From: Acanthaster planci
Taxonomy: Eukaryota
Direction of reading: 5' to 3'
Assembly (NCBI RefSeq): GCF_001949145.1
Contig: NW_019091355.1
Coordinates: forward strand, 5,977,068 to 6,041,067
DNA length: 64,000 nucleotides
Part shown: positions 24,382 to 38,760 of the stretch, piece by piece
Layout of the letters: each line of letters begins with the position of its first letter
Position numbering within the stretch: position 1 is the stretch's first letter
Notes under the pieces: model-generated
What the model was told of the DNA's origin: nothing
What the model saw: only the letters and a program-made list of their open reading frames with translations
Database searches by the model: none
Made by a program: the position numbers and the translations under genes

Positions 24382-24492
24382 GTCTTGCAGTTGAAGGAAT
24401 AAATACATCACCGAGAGAGGATGTCAAGTGTCGTGTTAGCCGTATCATCAAGAAGCAGGGCAAAGTCAAGGCTCTAGAGGAGGAGATTGCCA
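24382..24492 (+). CDS. GFPT1: GFPT coding exon 3
   Basis: 111 nt, phase 1-1: (G)LAVEGINTSPREDVKCRVSRIIKKQGKVKALEEEIA. GTAAGT donor. An alternative in-frame acceptor 9 nt downstream is possible. Confidence 0.9.
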
Positions 24493-27187
24493 GTAAGTTT
24501 GATTATAACCCCACTCAAAACGAGGAGTATGTTTTAAATAAGGGAATAAATATGTGCTTCGGTTTTGGAGAATGCACGCCACTAATGCCCAAGCTGTGGA
24601 TTTTTTCTGCTGCTGTGATTTCGCTTCCGTGAACTAGGAAAAATTTGGAACTAGAAAACAACTTTCGTACAACGGGCGGAGGGGGTAACGAAAGTACATG
24701 TACCGGTAGCTCTGTTGATCTCTTAATTGCAGTTACTGAGTTTTCAGCAGCACGGTGATATTTCAGCAATTCAGCCCTTCAGTATTAAATTTCACCAACA
24801 TTTTATACATGTACTACATGGATTTTTATTCCTGATTTACAAGTATCTTTTTTTTCAGTTTTTTACGGGTGCTCAGCCCCAAAAAAATGGAATCAGGTTT
24901 GTACATGTATATCAACAGGTGGGTGCCCGGGTACGTGGCACAGGCCTATATACATACTTGGACCAATTAATGTCCAATATTAGGTTGTCAGTTGAGACTA
25001 AGAAACAAGCTGTTAAAATGAGTTCCATTCCAGCAACGCTGGGATTACTTTTGAATGCATACATGTAAATGTGAGATTACCGGTATGTACACCCCAAATG
25101 TTAGGTTAAACGTTCTCCCCCCAAATCCAGCAGTTTTTAGTAATTCCATCTCAAAGTTTGCCATAGTATGCTAAAATGCACAATATACGCTTTGTAAGGC
25201 TTTGTTTCTGCACTTCTAGCTTCAAAATTAGAGAACTGTCATTATGTCAGACCTTCAACATCATAAATTTTGATCTGTATTGTGAATATACATGTATATA
25301 ACATACTAAGAAAAGACAGCACATTTTTTTGTCAGGTGACACCACAGAATGACTTCAGCATCTTTTTCCTAAAAGATTTTTGATCTGGTAGACACCACCA
25401 TTGTTCTTCTGTTCTCAAAACATTTCATGATCTGGCTTATTGGAATAAAAAAAAAATGCAAAAGGAGAATTAATTAATTTTGCTCAGTACATATACCAGG
25501 GGGCTATGATGCTCTGTAACAGCTTACAAAGAGGTGGCACATTTGTATCAGTTTCTAAGTCAGACATACCAGTTGATAAATCATCCTCCTATGTGTCCAG
25601 AGATTTGGCCACTTTTCTTGCTGACAATGTATAGGAGTTGACAATCTCACAGAGCACAGGATAATCTCTTTACTTCAACTTGTCACTTCTGTATTAGAAG
25701 AAATGGTTAAAATTAGATGGATGAATATTCGACGAAAACAAGAGTTACTGGAGCAGAAGAAAGAAAGGAAATAAGCACCTGCATTTATGAGATACATCAT
25801 GCACATGATCTTTCAACAGCTCGTTTTACCTTCCATTATTGATGTATAAATATTGTTTGCTTGTGAATACAGTAGGCATCACAGACTGCCCATGCAACCC
25901 CTTCTCTTTCCAAATGCAATATCAGTAGTTGTTGATTTGAACATTTTATAAAGAGTTAATTTTGTAAGCACTGGGCAGTTTGAATAACTGTCAACCTATT
26001 ATACCAGTAAGATTGAAGGTCAGTTCCTTCATGCTTCTCGATCATTGTCACAAACAGTTGAGCAGTGTTGGACCTACAATGTACTCATAATTTCCTGGCC
26101 ATTGATACTGGAAAACTGAGTCACTTAACATCTCATAGACCTCTTAGTGCTCCATCTGAGTTCCTCTTCTTTATAATCAGAAAGTAAATGACGCTTTATA
26201 CAGGTCACTTCATAACAGATTTCCCCATCACACCCCCTTGAGCCCATTTTGAGAAAGTGGAAGAGAAAAATAGGAAGGAGTGACTGAGCCTTAGTGTGGC
26301 AATTATGCTTGTGCAAATCAACGAGACAGAACGGTAATTAGATAATATATGGGCGCTTAGTTCCAACTGTGTACAATGTCCTGGTGAAAGATAACTTCGG
26401 GTACGAGTACAACAAATTTTGCATGTACATATGTATGTACTTCAACTTGCCAGTATTAAAAGATTTGGATGAAATTGATTTGAGCCATCTGTTATAAACA
26501 AGTGCCTTTGTTGACATGCAAATGAGGACACCACAGCTCAGTGGGAGCTGGCACAAGTGCTGGTTTCCAATTATCGCAAATGGTGGTTTTAACCAGAGTT
26601 TTTGATTAAATCAAAAACAAATCATTTCCTTCATTGTTTATATAAATAAAATGATAAATAAAATTCACTATGATTATGAACATGACCTTTATTTAAAAAG
26701 AGCGTAAAATATTGATAATGGGCATGAAAAGAAATGAGGCCAAGATTATTAAATTTTCCCCCAAATAAAGGAGATATTTTTAAACTAATTCAAAAATAGG
26801 AAAACACATCAATCAAATATTGTCTACAGCTTACCCTTGACAATCATTGCTTTTCCTTGTTAGGAACCGAGTGTATGATTTGTAACGAGGTATGATATCA
26901 AAACTCCAGAGCGACATAACCTTTGTTCCAAATGTGTCATAACATTCCCGTCTCTTTTGCTCTCTGCTGCTTGACAAAGCATTCCTGGAAAAAAAAATTA
27001 AAAGAAAATACAACTTCAACCATTTTGCTTGTGCTCTTTATCTTATAACAATTTTTTTTGGTTCAATACTATTTGTTGCCAGACGTTTTTGGCAGGATTG
27101 TCTGCACTGTCTGTTTTCAGTCCTAAGAAAGGCTGCTGCTTAATGTACACCTGTGATCAGGGCGCTTCATGTACTCTGTCAATGCTT

Positions 27188-27421
27188 GGGTCCTGGATGT
27201 ACATGTATATATAAATACAACTTTCAAATTTTCAGGAGTTTCATCCACTGACATTCGCTATATTTTATGAGCTGAAATTTCCACCAGCACATTTACTACC
27301 CGTGCGACCAGTCATCCCCAGGTTGTTATTTCAAGGGACTTGCGGATGTCAGTGGGTGAAACTTAAAAACTTTGAAAGTTCTGTTTCTATATATGTAAAT
27401 ATGTATCCATATCCAGGGCCC
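27188..27421. mobile_element. MITE with about 70-bp imperfect TIRs (GGG...CCC termini)
   Basis: gggtcctggatg...actttcaaa...gtttcatccactgacattcgc (27188-27258) is the reverse complement of gcggatgtcagtgggtgaaac...tttgaaagtt...atccagggccc (27342-27421). Confidence 0.7.
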
Positions 27422-27949
27422 AGTGTCGATGGAGAAGGGCCCTGTTTACGGGTCTACTGCTTAATGCTGCCAGCTCTGGTCAGATTTAATCACATTTATG
27501 AATATTCTTTACATGTTTTTGAATCAGCGCATTTCCCTGTAATCTGCTAATCCCACTACAGTAGGTGGCCCCCGAGTACCTCTCTTTTACAAACTTTGGA
27601 TTGGCCCGACCAAGACCTACAATATAATGTCCATTGGACCTTTCCTGTGAAATATGCAAATTAGACAGGTGCAAGTGTGACTATCAACACTGTTATTGGC
27701 ATATGAAAACTGCTGTAACCATAACCTGGCACGTTGAAGGTCAATCAAAACTGTAGCACAGCCTTTGTCCGATGCTGCAGCATGCTTTTCTCAAAACCAA
27801 GCATGCCAAGTGAAGTTTTCAGCGTCCTAAGATTGGAAAGTAACAATTCCTTGGCACTCATGTCAAACTATACTAGAACAGAAACTATGTTTCTACTTAT
27901 AGTTGTGTGCAAATGGAGATTTGTATTATTATGTCAAAGATTTGAGCAA

Positions 27950-30900
27950 CTTAGCTGCTTTCATCCAAACACCACAGTCCTTCTTCCGGACGTGATCCGC
28001 AGCTTGGCCGTTCTTGCCTGCCCGTCCAGCCCCGTCTGACATCTGGCCTCGCCTGCGAATTTGTCTGCAAACTTTTCCATGTATAAGAAGTGTAAACATT
28101 CCACGTCTTCTTCTGCAGTTCATCTTGTAAGAAGTTGTGTTAGTCCAAACATCACACCGCTTACTCCTCAACTATTATCTGGTCAGCCCCCTTAATCTGA
28201 AGTTTACACCCTTTATTTTCAGCTCCAGATGCCAGCCCTCTTCTAATTGGTCCACTTCGGCATCCATCATCCAGGACTTCCCTGTCCAGTGTGAAGACAC
28301 ATTGGTTGTCAGCACAGGCTCGTATAGCCTGATGGACAATCTACATCTACCATCATTCGAACCCTCACGCGATCCCTCTCGGGATACACAACAGGGCCCG
28401 GCCCAGATTTATCCCGATCCTCACGATGAGTCTGCTGGGGACAAAGGAATAGCCTTCTTTAACCGTACACATTTGGAGATTTGTTTTCGTCTACTCCAGA
28501 AACATATTTCCAGTTGGGGGTCTGCCGCTGCAGACAAGATCGGTCTGACTCGGCTAAGTCTTGTGGCAATTAAGGGCCCTCTTCTTTGACAAGGACAAAT
28601 TGAACCTCAAGCTTACCCTGACCAAGTTGGATGGGGCCTCTTGTTGCAGTCTCCGTTGGGCAGCCTTAAATTGCACCCTTATTAGAGTATCTTCCCTGAG
28701 GCCAAAAAAAAAAAAAATAATAAATCTCCTGTCTCTGCAGACCATACTGCATTTGCTCTTATGGCACTGGATGAGAATACCAGCACTATTTTCGAGCAGT
28801 TCCTGCTCATCTCTTGCCTGTCTTTGTCTGCTCGCAGAGTTAATGCGCTTAAGGCCATAAACATCCTGTCTGAGGGCGTGAAAGCCAAAATTCAGTGCCT
28901 CTCCCTCTTTACAGAAAGACTCATCTGGGTGAAAACTCATAGAGATGATGGAATTATAGGCTTTTACACCGATCCAACTCACTCATTCACCCTGTACCTA
29001 GCCCGTGTAAATAACACAGAGGGCACTGTGTTTCTGACTGCGTACCACTTCATGTATGGTTTTGGCAACTCTTCACATCGGCCAGATGGGCTCTTGCAAT
29101 TGTTTTCAACTACTCTTTGGATTTACTAGTGCCCTTCTGTCTGACCAAATTCTTCACCTACATGTACATGTAACTCCAATCTCTCTGACAAGGTCGAATG
29201 GGCAGGCATTGGAGATAAAAAGAGGTTCGTTTGCCCCTAGGAAGTTCTGTATGGGGCATCCCAAACACTCCACAGTGTCTTAACCCCCGTCAACTATATC
29301 CTGGCTATCGTTGATGGATCTGAAATTTTCTATAGTTTACAAGTTTCTCTGATTCCTGTACACCGGAAGAACTTTTTGGATTTGACCTACATGTACATGT
29401 ACCTTTCGATCACTCGATGTCCAAGGGGTTTTCACCCAAATGGTGGAAGTTGTGGCCACCTACATGTACCTATGCCATTTTGCCATTCTGACATTTGAAC
29501 GTTTCGATGGCTAACTGGGTGTAGACAGTTATCCAGACAAGATGGCAGTTGACACTAACCTTACTTTTTGAGATTTGCCCCTACTCATACCCTCTCAGGC
29601 TCCGGCACACAACCACAACTCCTCTTTGGCCTGATTATGGGTCTGGTGGACCTGATACCTCTTTACCGTTTTCATAATGAGGCCCCTCCAGCCCACTTAC
29701 TGGTGTTCTTGCGGCCAAAATTGTGTCCTGATCGATCCCCCAAATTTCAAAATGGACCTCACCATGTCACAACTTTGCTAGCAGCTGATATGGAACCATC
29801 TGGTTTACAACCTTTCTCTCCCTAAGATGGATCCTTGGGTGACGACTTTCTACCAACCCGTCCAGATTTACAAGGGAATATTTCCCCTCCTGACCTTCCA
29901 GGTCTCAGTTATTGGAAAGTCTCTTCAACATGCGGAACTTTAGGCGACCTCCAGCTTGATGCGTCCCTGCTGCACAGTCGCCAGGACAAATCTGTCCTGT
30001 TCGTGCAGACAATTGTCCCCATGGGTGTTGGGCTCTGGGATTGAACTCAAGGTAACCCATATTCTGACTGCCAACATTATGACTCTCTTGCAGATGTGCG
30101 CTCTCAGAGAAAAATTATCCCGACAGAGCAGATTCTCTTTGACATTAGGACCGAGTTAATCTTCAAGATATTTGACAGTTCATATATTGTCTTTGTCCTT
30201 GACAGCGACTGCCCGGCTGCTTAGGCTCTACACAAGGTTTCTTCAACTACAGTAAACTCTGAAGAAGTCGGCATCACGTAATCGGTCATATCGTCCAAGT
30301 CTGCCGTTTGACAAGAGTCCCGATCGTCTGTAATGCATTTCCATTGAAAATTTCATTTCTAAATTGACATTTATAAGTCGTCATTTTGTATATGTCGTCA
30401 TGTTTTTCTCGGTTCCTTTTCCACAAAACCACAAAAATTTCCCTGGGTAAGTCGGCATAAAAAAAAAATTGTGCTTCCCGGTATCAGTTTCCTTTGCCGC
30501 GGTTGCCAAGAAGTGTCAAGTCCCGTGCGCGCGGCCAGCATGAGTACATCAATACCCATAACCCCTCTAGTGCTACACGCATGCACTTGGTCCATTTTGG
30601 GGGGTTGCCTTATTGAGCATAGTCTGGTTTCCTGCCCAAAGATTCCCTGACGACCCTTGATAATGATTTGTCGGGTAGTCAGAATCAACGGGTTTGGTAT
30701 CTAGACTATATTGAACGAACTTAACCTATGTGTGTGTGGATGAGTGTATGTTTTCTGTACCATAACTGTATCACATACATGTACGTACTGCACTGTTGAG
30801 TTGTGATGTGATATGCAAGTGGCTTGCCGTCCTTGCTTCGTCCTTAGGGGAACATGATCAATTATTGAATTTGCAAGATAATAATCGAGAACGAATTTGC

Positions 30901-33060
30901 TGGGATCGACCATGGAGGCAGAAATAAACCAGGGTAAATCAAAGCCATTGAATTAGTGCAAGGAATCATAATGTACATACATGTAGGCATTACATGTGTA
31001 CGTGTAAGTCAGCAAAATGACGACTTAAGCACAAGTTGGCATTCGCGTCAGTCGTCATAATTTCTTGAGTGCCCTAAGAGTGCCGACTTAACCGGAGTTT
31101 ACTGTACAAGCCAGGGCAACGATTGTCCTCCATTTCAGTTGGGAAAGGTTATTTGCCAATGCGCCCACCCTTCGTTCCCTCAGTTTCTGTCATTTGCTTG
31201 AGAGCATTGCTACTGTCTTCTCTTTCTTTCTGTTCTGGCTTCACCAACCCCGGTGACTGGATCAACCAGGTTGAAAGTATAAGTCTACACCAACACATAA
31301 CAGCTTTCCATTTTTTTAATGGTTTGCCAGTCGTTGTGCATCTCCAACCGAGACACCTACAACCACAGTAGCTCGGAACTACAGTTAGCATTCGTACGCA
31401 ACTACTGTTCTTTTGTCAGGGCTATATCCACTATGATGGCTCCGCTTCCTCGGACAACGCTGCTCTCACATATCTTTTCTTAGTATATTTATTGAGCATT
31501 CCCCCTCCGAGACAACTCATTCATTGGTGGGACCTGTCTTGTGTCCTTGAGCACTTAACCCCTTGATGACGGGAACTTTTTTCTGAAAGAATCCGAGAAT
31601 TCCAGCCTCTCTTGGCCACGAAGGCCAGCTGCCAACCGCAAATTCTCGGTTTGTGGCCTGCGTGCTCTGCACGCTTTGAATTACACAGTGAAAAGGCTGA
31701 TTGTTCGTTGGCATGCGGCTCTACTCATGCTTCCACATTCCCGTTGCCTCTTTTCAAAGTGGGGACTATTGTGAAGCTGGTGATTATGATGCAAATTCGG
31801 TCTTTTCATTTCTGGGCTACACACAAAGGCCAATCACCATACATGTATAAACAAAAGCCAGGGTCTGCCTTCTTTCACCGTGTTTGCTTGAGCATGGGCC
31901 GAGAATAATAGCTGAAAAGCGGGCTGAGGATCTCAATTTTTACAGCGGCTCTTACCGTCATCCGTCGTGAAGGGGTTGAAAGGGTTTTTCCCTCCGGGCC
32001 TTTTATCGGGACCTCATCATCACTCACCTCAGTGAAGTTGGCCTTTCTACTTCTAGTAACTCTTTGTTCTTCATTCCGAGGCGTTGGATTACCGACAGTA
32101 TCCATCACGGATGATTTCATCGAATAAGTAACACCACAGGGTTTATTTCATCCTAACCCTAGACGCCCACACAAGATCCTATTCAAATTTATCCAACCAA
32201 CAAGACATCTTCATCTCGAACATCATAGAGCAGTCGAGTAGCAAACCTTGCTGTTATGTTTAAATTTATATAAATGGTATCTGACCAGGACTCAAAGCTG
32301 AGAGGTACTATCCCTCTTCTTCCGTCATTACCCCAGTAAACCTCATTGAGTAGCAATCAGAGACACTATGGCTAGTTGGGTTGCCTAGGTCATTAAGTTC
32401 ACTTGTCCCAAATGGTTGACCTTCCCAAATTACAAACCCAGCCGCCCTATCGCAGCTCACGACGCTAGAGCAGTATCTACCTTGCTGACATTCTTTGGCA
32501 GGGTCCTGATGAAGATATCTGCAGGGCAGTATTCTGGAAACAGTGTCATCAATCACACCTCATGCTGCCTGAATAAAGTCTTGTGAGGAATTCTCTCATG
32601 GCAAGACAGTGCTAGCCTCTCCACAAACCATGAGGACCCATACTGGGCGAGCCACCTACAGCTCTTTCTAATGGCCTCCTTGTTTCTCTGGTGGGTCCTC
32701 ATCATTCCACATGGTTTTGCTCAGTTTCAGTGTGTCCTCGCCTAGTTTAGCGCAGTGGACTCCTTTCCCACAGCAGTGTGGGACAAGTCTGCTAGTGAAT
32801 ACCTACATGTACCCAAACAGTCGATACCCTCCATCACTCTGGCTCGGACCTTGGGCTCCTCAAAAGAAAGACGAACATGGCAGCGGCGCTGTGGTGCATT
32901 GCGGTAAATAAGGGTGCACTACAGTTGATCAAGTTTTAGTGAATGGCGAAAGGCGTACAGGGGAATTTGCAGAGATAGTGAGTGTTTGGGTAGGTACCGG
33001 TATTGGTATTCACTAGCAGACTCATCCCACACTGCTGTAGGGGAGGATTTCACTATAGTA
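27950..33060 (+). mobile_element. Highly degenerate DIRS-like retrotransposon (gag, RT, RNase H, YR remnants, ICR, right ITR)
   Basis: MGLVDLIPLYRFH(M)RPLQ at 29637 matches MVDLIPLCRLYMRPLQ of the 55190 element. Also VFTQMVEVVATY (29428), GIELKVTHI (30039) and KWYLTRTQ (32272). The ICR at 32754-32822 is the reverse complement of 32981-33054. Confidence 0.7.
30250..31104. mobile_element. Tc1/mariner-type non-autonomous element nested in the DIRS element
   Basis: TA TSD (30248-30249 and 31105-31106). TIR cagtaaactctgaagaagtcggca versus cagtaaactccggttaagtcggca. Confidence 0.85.
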
Positions 33061-34170
33061 ACAAAAAAAAAGAAAAAAAAAATGCACTCAGACTTTTTAA
33101 GCAAGATCCCAAGTAGGAATCACACTCGGCAAAATTAAGTTTGCAACTGGATTGCAACGCTACTTTCCTGTACGCCTGTTCTGGTAGCTGTTTTTACTTG
33201 TTGTGTATGTTTTGGCTCAGTTGGTCTTAAACTCCATCAGTGAAGCCATTAAAAGGGTCGTAAAAATCTTAAATTTGATTCGCCGAAACCTGCAGATACC
33301 CAAGAAAAGTAATGTTTACGGGGGGGGGTTGTCTCGATTAACGAGTGGTTGGCAGGTATGGGCACATATTGTAGGTAAAGAAACAAGAATACTGAACAAA
33401 CGAGAAACAGTAAGATACATGTAATCGTCTACATGTAGGTATTTCACTTTGGGTTGTGTATACTGCACTAATTAGGCACATAATGTCCATTACACAAAAA
33501 TGTAATGTCCATGACACTCAATAAAGTGGATAGCCATTCTAATTAGTGTTGTTTTTCTTGTTGACTATTTCCTACCTTACAGTCTTAAAGTCAGTTGAAA
33601 CAAAAAAAAAGATTCAAACTTCACAGAGTCCATGACGTTCATTAGTAATACCAATAGCTAAATAAACAATTATGCTTTTATTGATGTTCGTATTGATGTT
33701 CATATTGCCTGGTTGGTACAACATTGTTACATGTTAGTAGAAACAGCTAGACAAGTAATAAAACAAATGCAAAGTTCTAAGTCAGTTTTCTGATCATTAG
33801 TACTCAATTTAACTGTCTCCAAATGTTATGTCCATGACGATGGAATTGCCCAATAGCAAAACGGTTGCCTCAAATCCAAACATCACATACTGTTTGATTT
33901 AAAAAGGGATATCCCAAAAAATCAATATTTCTGACACCAATATTTACTACCATGAAAAACTTTGATGAACAATTTTCTATCCAGTTTATTAACTGCATTT
34001 ATCAGCTTGTACAACTCAAATTTATTTCATGTGTTCATGTACATGTTTACATGTAACTTTAAGTACCGTATGCTTACTTTTGAATCGTGAGTTCAGACAT
34101 TGTGGAACTGCCCATACATGTGCCTATGTAATCAAACAATGCTAGACACAAATTTTCAATATCTCCACAG

Positions 34171-34296
34171 TGCAAGAGGATCTGGATATGGATCTGGAGT
34201 TTGATGTACATTGTGGCATTGCGCATACTCGCTGGGCAACTCACGGTGTGCCCAATGAAGTCAACAGCCATCCCCAACGGTCTGGAGAGAACAATG
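34171..34296 (+). CDS. GFPT1: GFPT coding exon 4
   Basis: 126 nt: (M)[41 protein letters not shown], containing the HTRWATHG glutaminase signature. ctccacag acceptor, GTAAAG donor. Missed by the ORF track. Confidence 0.97.
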
Positions 34297-34829
34297 GTAA
34301 AGTAGACATGATTCACCCTGACCTCCTGCCTGTCACATAAAGCATTGTACTAGGGGATATTCTGTACTTCATGCATGCTAGTTAGCTGTTTCAGCAACTC
34401 AGCCGAAACAGCTCTTGTTTTTGTTAAGATTATTTTTCTTTTTGGCTTTTTCCCAAGTTACAAAAAAGGCATTACTTCTGTTCTGTTTTTGGCTTTTTTC
34501 ACACAGATCTTTAAACAGATGAAGCGCCGACAATAAAAACCCCTCACAATATTTGCGTACTCGAAAATCCCATTTGCATACTGTGCATTGGCTACTCTGT
34601 GTGTGGACGCGCATTACCTGCCTGTAACATACATGTACATGTAGGTAGTGCACAGTGCATAGGGCATTATATTCAAGAGTTGGCAAATTTCCAAGCACGT
34701 GGCGCTGCGAGTAGATCGCATTGTATGGAATGCCAAACAAAAAACAAAAAAAAAAAGGGACAAAATGTTTAAAATCTCTAATTTGTGCTCTGTCTGTGAT
34801 AACAATGTTCTTTTGTATTCTACATGCCT

Positions 34830-35770
34830 GATTACATTGAAACCTTGCAGAGTGTCAGAAAGGGAAGGTTTATAAACGGAGACTGACCTCATCTGATGAT
34901 AATGACATACACATTAAGAAGAGTCACGTGACATTAAAGGTGCATCCTTTAAAGTACCTTACCTCCTGAAGTGCATTTCTGATTGGGTTGAAACTTGGTG
35001 GACATTTAGAAAGGCAAGTGTTATAGATGAAATTGACCTCATGTGATGATGACATCATCAGATGACCATATCGCGTGATATTAAAGGTGACTCATCAAAG
35101 CACTATATCTTGTGAAGTATTGTACATGTCCAACTGAATTCAAACCTTGCAGATATCTTGAAAGGGAGAGATGAACAATGACCTGATGTGATGATGACAT
35201 CATATGACAAGTCACGTGACATTAAAGATACACTCTTTAAAGCATTATATCTCTTGAAGTATATGTCCGATTGCTTTGAAACTTTGAGTACAGCTGGAAA
35301 GGGAAGGGTTTTAGACCCAAATTGACCTGATCTGATGTTGACGTCATCAGGTGACAAGTCATGTGACATTAAAGGGACACTCTTAAANNNNNNNNNNNNN
35401 NNNNNNNNNNNNNNNNNNNNNNNNNNNNNNNNNNNNNNNNNNNNNNNNNNNNNNNNNNNNNNNNNNNNNNNNNNNNNNNNNNNNNNNNNNNNNNNNNNNN
35501 NNNNNNNNNNNNNNNNNNNNNNNNNNNNNNNNNNNNNNNNNNNNNNNNNNNNNNNNNNNNNNNNNNNNNNNNNNNNNNNNNNNNNNNNNGTGCGATATCT
35601 CTTGAAGTACCACATGTCTGATTGGTTTGAAACTTTGAGTATAGCTGGAAAGGGACCTGAAATTGACCTGATATGATGTTAACGTCATCAGGTGACAAGT
35701 CCCATGTCATTAAAGGTACACTCTTTGAAGGACTCTATCTTCTGAATTGCATGTCCGATTGGGTTCAAAA
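34830..35770. repeat. Tandem array of about 141-147-bp units, interrupted by N-gap 35388-35589
   Basis: The landmark gtcacgtgacattaaag or a variant recurs at about 34923, 35070, 35211, 35358 and 35699. Confidence 0.85.
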
Positions 35771-37679
35771 ACGTCACTAAAACCAAATATCCTTTAAAAA
35801 GCCAGATACTGGGGTGGTGGTGGGCAAATTGACCCTGCTTGCCCAACTAGCTGTGACAGAATGATCCTCACATGAGAATTTCCCTCCTAAACTAGCATTG
35901 CCTGAAAGAAGTAATCTGACCCCTTACCTGATTGGCGAAAACAATGGGATGTGATTGGTCAGAAGAATGGGCAGTGATTGGCTACCAGTTAATGCAAAAG
36001 TAACGCTGATTGGCCTACTTTATGAATAATCAGTGCCAGAATCCTCTTCAGAATCCACCTTTTGTGAAACCCTCAATTTACTGGTACAAACTGTCATAAC
36101 TGCAAGAAAAGGGGGGCCAATTGAATGCAAACTGGTGCAGATTTGTGGGGATCTGTGGCAGCTATCTGGAATCATAAATATAACCACATAAGGCAGTGCA
36201 GATCTTACAGCATTCTCCTTCCAACCATGAAAAGCTACATACAGTACCTGCTTGGGATCCCACCTTACATGTATGCATAAAGAGTTGGGCTGAGTGCAAA
36301 AAGTATAACATCTGCCAGGAAGTGTGAAAGCTACATTGTACATGTATTTAAGGTAGTGCACATACATGTAGGACCCTGTGCTTAATACTGTAAGCTTCTT
36401 CAAACCATGCAAAGCAACACCAAGTACATGTATAAAGGGTTCTGTCAAAATACATGTACATGGGTTATGACAGAACCTTGTGTTTGTGGCAAATCACATG
36501 ATTGATGAATCACTCTCCTGGACTGAAATTTTGACCGAATATATGAAACACTTCAATTTGCGACAAATTCTTGTCTTTAAAACTGTCTCCTTTTTGAGCA
36601 GTTTCCAAAGATCAGTATCATGAAATCCTTGTGGAGACCTACACACCTTTAGACCTATTCAACCCATTCTCCTGGGTCTCCACAAGGCACCATATTTCAA
36701 AACTGGAGAACAAAGCCATGTCTCCACAAGGATACAAATTTCGGAAACAGTATGTTGTGTGTGTGTGCGCCAACCTTACATACATGTACCTACTGTGGAC
36801 GTGTGAACAAACGATGTCCACACGATGTAGGAAAGGAAGATGTTCTGTGAACTTACACACGTCCACAGAACGTTTCTCCTTCTCTAAAAAAGAAATTAAG
36901 AGGCTTTTTGGGGTGGGGGTCATCTGTCGTAAAAGGAAAAGGAAGAGTCAAGGAAACCTTGTGCAAAAAAGCCAGCTGAAACCGTGTTCCCAATTCAAGA
37001 AAACGAGTATTTTCACTGCGTATTCTTAACTGCACAAAAAGAAAGGAATGTCCACAGTACACACATGTATGAATGTAAGGTAAGTGGGTGCATTTGAGTG
37101 TGTAAACGCCTTCAATCATGGACCTATAACAATAGGGGACAATAGGGTCCATGGTTGCTGAAGAGGTTGCCGAAGAGTCCACGGTATAAAACATATGGGA
37201 GGTCTTCCAAAAAGTTAAAGTATGAACAAAAGAGGAACAATAGGGAGTCCAGGATTGGGTGTGTGAGTTTGTTTCTGCATTCAATTGGGGACCCTGAACA
37301 ATAGCGGACAATAAAGTCCCCGATTGACAACTGTGTANNNNNNNNNNNNNNNNNNNNNNNNNNNNNNNNNNNNNNNNNNNNNNNNNNNNNNNNNNNNNNN
37401 NNAGGCAGATACACACTTGTGTGTGTGTGTGTGTGAAAGCCTCGTATCGGTGGGTGTGTCATGCATGTAGTGTGTGGAGCACATCCAGGCAGTGGACTTC
37501 AGCCTACATGTACATGTACAATGTATTTGTACTGTACATATTTAAAATTCTTTTCCATACACCTTGGAGGACAAGAATTATTCTGCCTGTTACTGTTGTA
37601 GAACTGTGATTATAAACAAGCATTTCACAAGATGCAAGAAGTCACATTAACGAATGCTTTTCTTACTTTTTGATCTCAG

Positions 37680-37873
37680 AGTTCTTGGTGATTCACAATG
37701 GAATCATCACTAACTATAAGGACATCAAGACTTTCCTTCAGAGCAAGGGTTTCATCTTTGAGTCAGACACAGACACAGAGGTCATCGCCAAACTCATCAA
37801 GTACATCTACGATACACGGGAGGACAAGTACATGACATTTCGCGAACTGGTGGAGAGTGTCATTATTCAGCTG
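37680..37873 (+). CDS. GFPT1: GFPT coding exon 5
   Basis: 194 nt: (E)[64 protein letters not shown], with HNG and S[DE]TDTE motifs. GTATGT donor. Confidence 0.97.
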
Positions 37874-37921
37874 GTATGTTGGAGATTTGTTTTCTAACAT
37901 TGGTCTCCCTAGACCTATAGA

Positions 37922-38760
37922 CAGTGTTGTAGTCGAGTACTTTTTTCCGAGTACCAAGTACTACCAGGTACTTTGACTGCCGAGTACAAAGATAGGTCAA
38001 GTACTTTACCAGCCGAGTACAAGTACTGGTTTCCGAGTACAAGTACTTGCACTTCCGAGTACGAGTACAGGTACTTCTAATTCCGAGTACGAGTACAAGT
38101 GCTTCTAATTCAAAAGTAGTTTTATCTTAATTTAGAGACTCTAAGACCTGCCACTGTGTAAAAGAAACACCGTATGCAGATGACATGGCTACAAGAACAA
38201 GTGATCTGGCTAGCAATGTCACGGTCACTACGTGTGGGTTGCAGCAGTTGACACAACGTGCACGGCGTGGCGAAGTCTATTTTCCAGACTCAATTATTCA
38301 TATACCTGTGATTTTCTGTATGCTAGGTTCGTCGTTAGAAATTTCTGGTCCAGAAACCAGACTACCAATGCCCAAGTAAATCGCGGGACCATTCTGGAGT
38401 ACCACAATATAATTTGCGTACGTGATTGGTTAAGTATGCGCACAGACGGCTTTCTTTTTGTCAGAACCGTATCGAATACCGGGTCATTGGAGTCGATATT
38501 TTTGTACCTTATTTAAACGGCGGTGGTAAGTTAACTTAAAGGATTTTTTTATCGAGTGCTGTTATCGAGTACGAGTACTTTGATGCTCGAGTACAATTTT
38601 TGGATGTCGAGTTCCAAGTATTTTGTAGCCCGAGTACAAGAACTGTAGTTGGAGTACGAGAACTTGGACGTCCGAGTGCAAGTACGAGTACTCTGGAAAC
38701 AGTACTGGAGTAGTGTACGAGTACCGAGTACGAGTACCGAGTACGAGTACTACAACACTG
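37922..38760. mobile_element. hAT-type MITE with (CGAGTA)n subterminal repeats
   Basis: TIR CAGTGTTGTAGT / ACTACAACACTG. 8-bp TSD cctataga / cctacaga. Dense cgagtac arrays at both ends. Confidence 0.9.

Noticed and set aside
37945..38750. Regularly spaced cgagtac repeats resembling a CRISPR array
   Set aside because: The units are 6-7 bp and irregularly spaced, enclosed by TIRs and an 8-bp TSD. These are hAT MITE subterminal repeats in eukaryotic DNA, with no cas genes.
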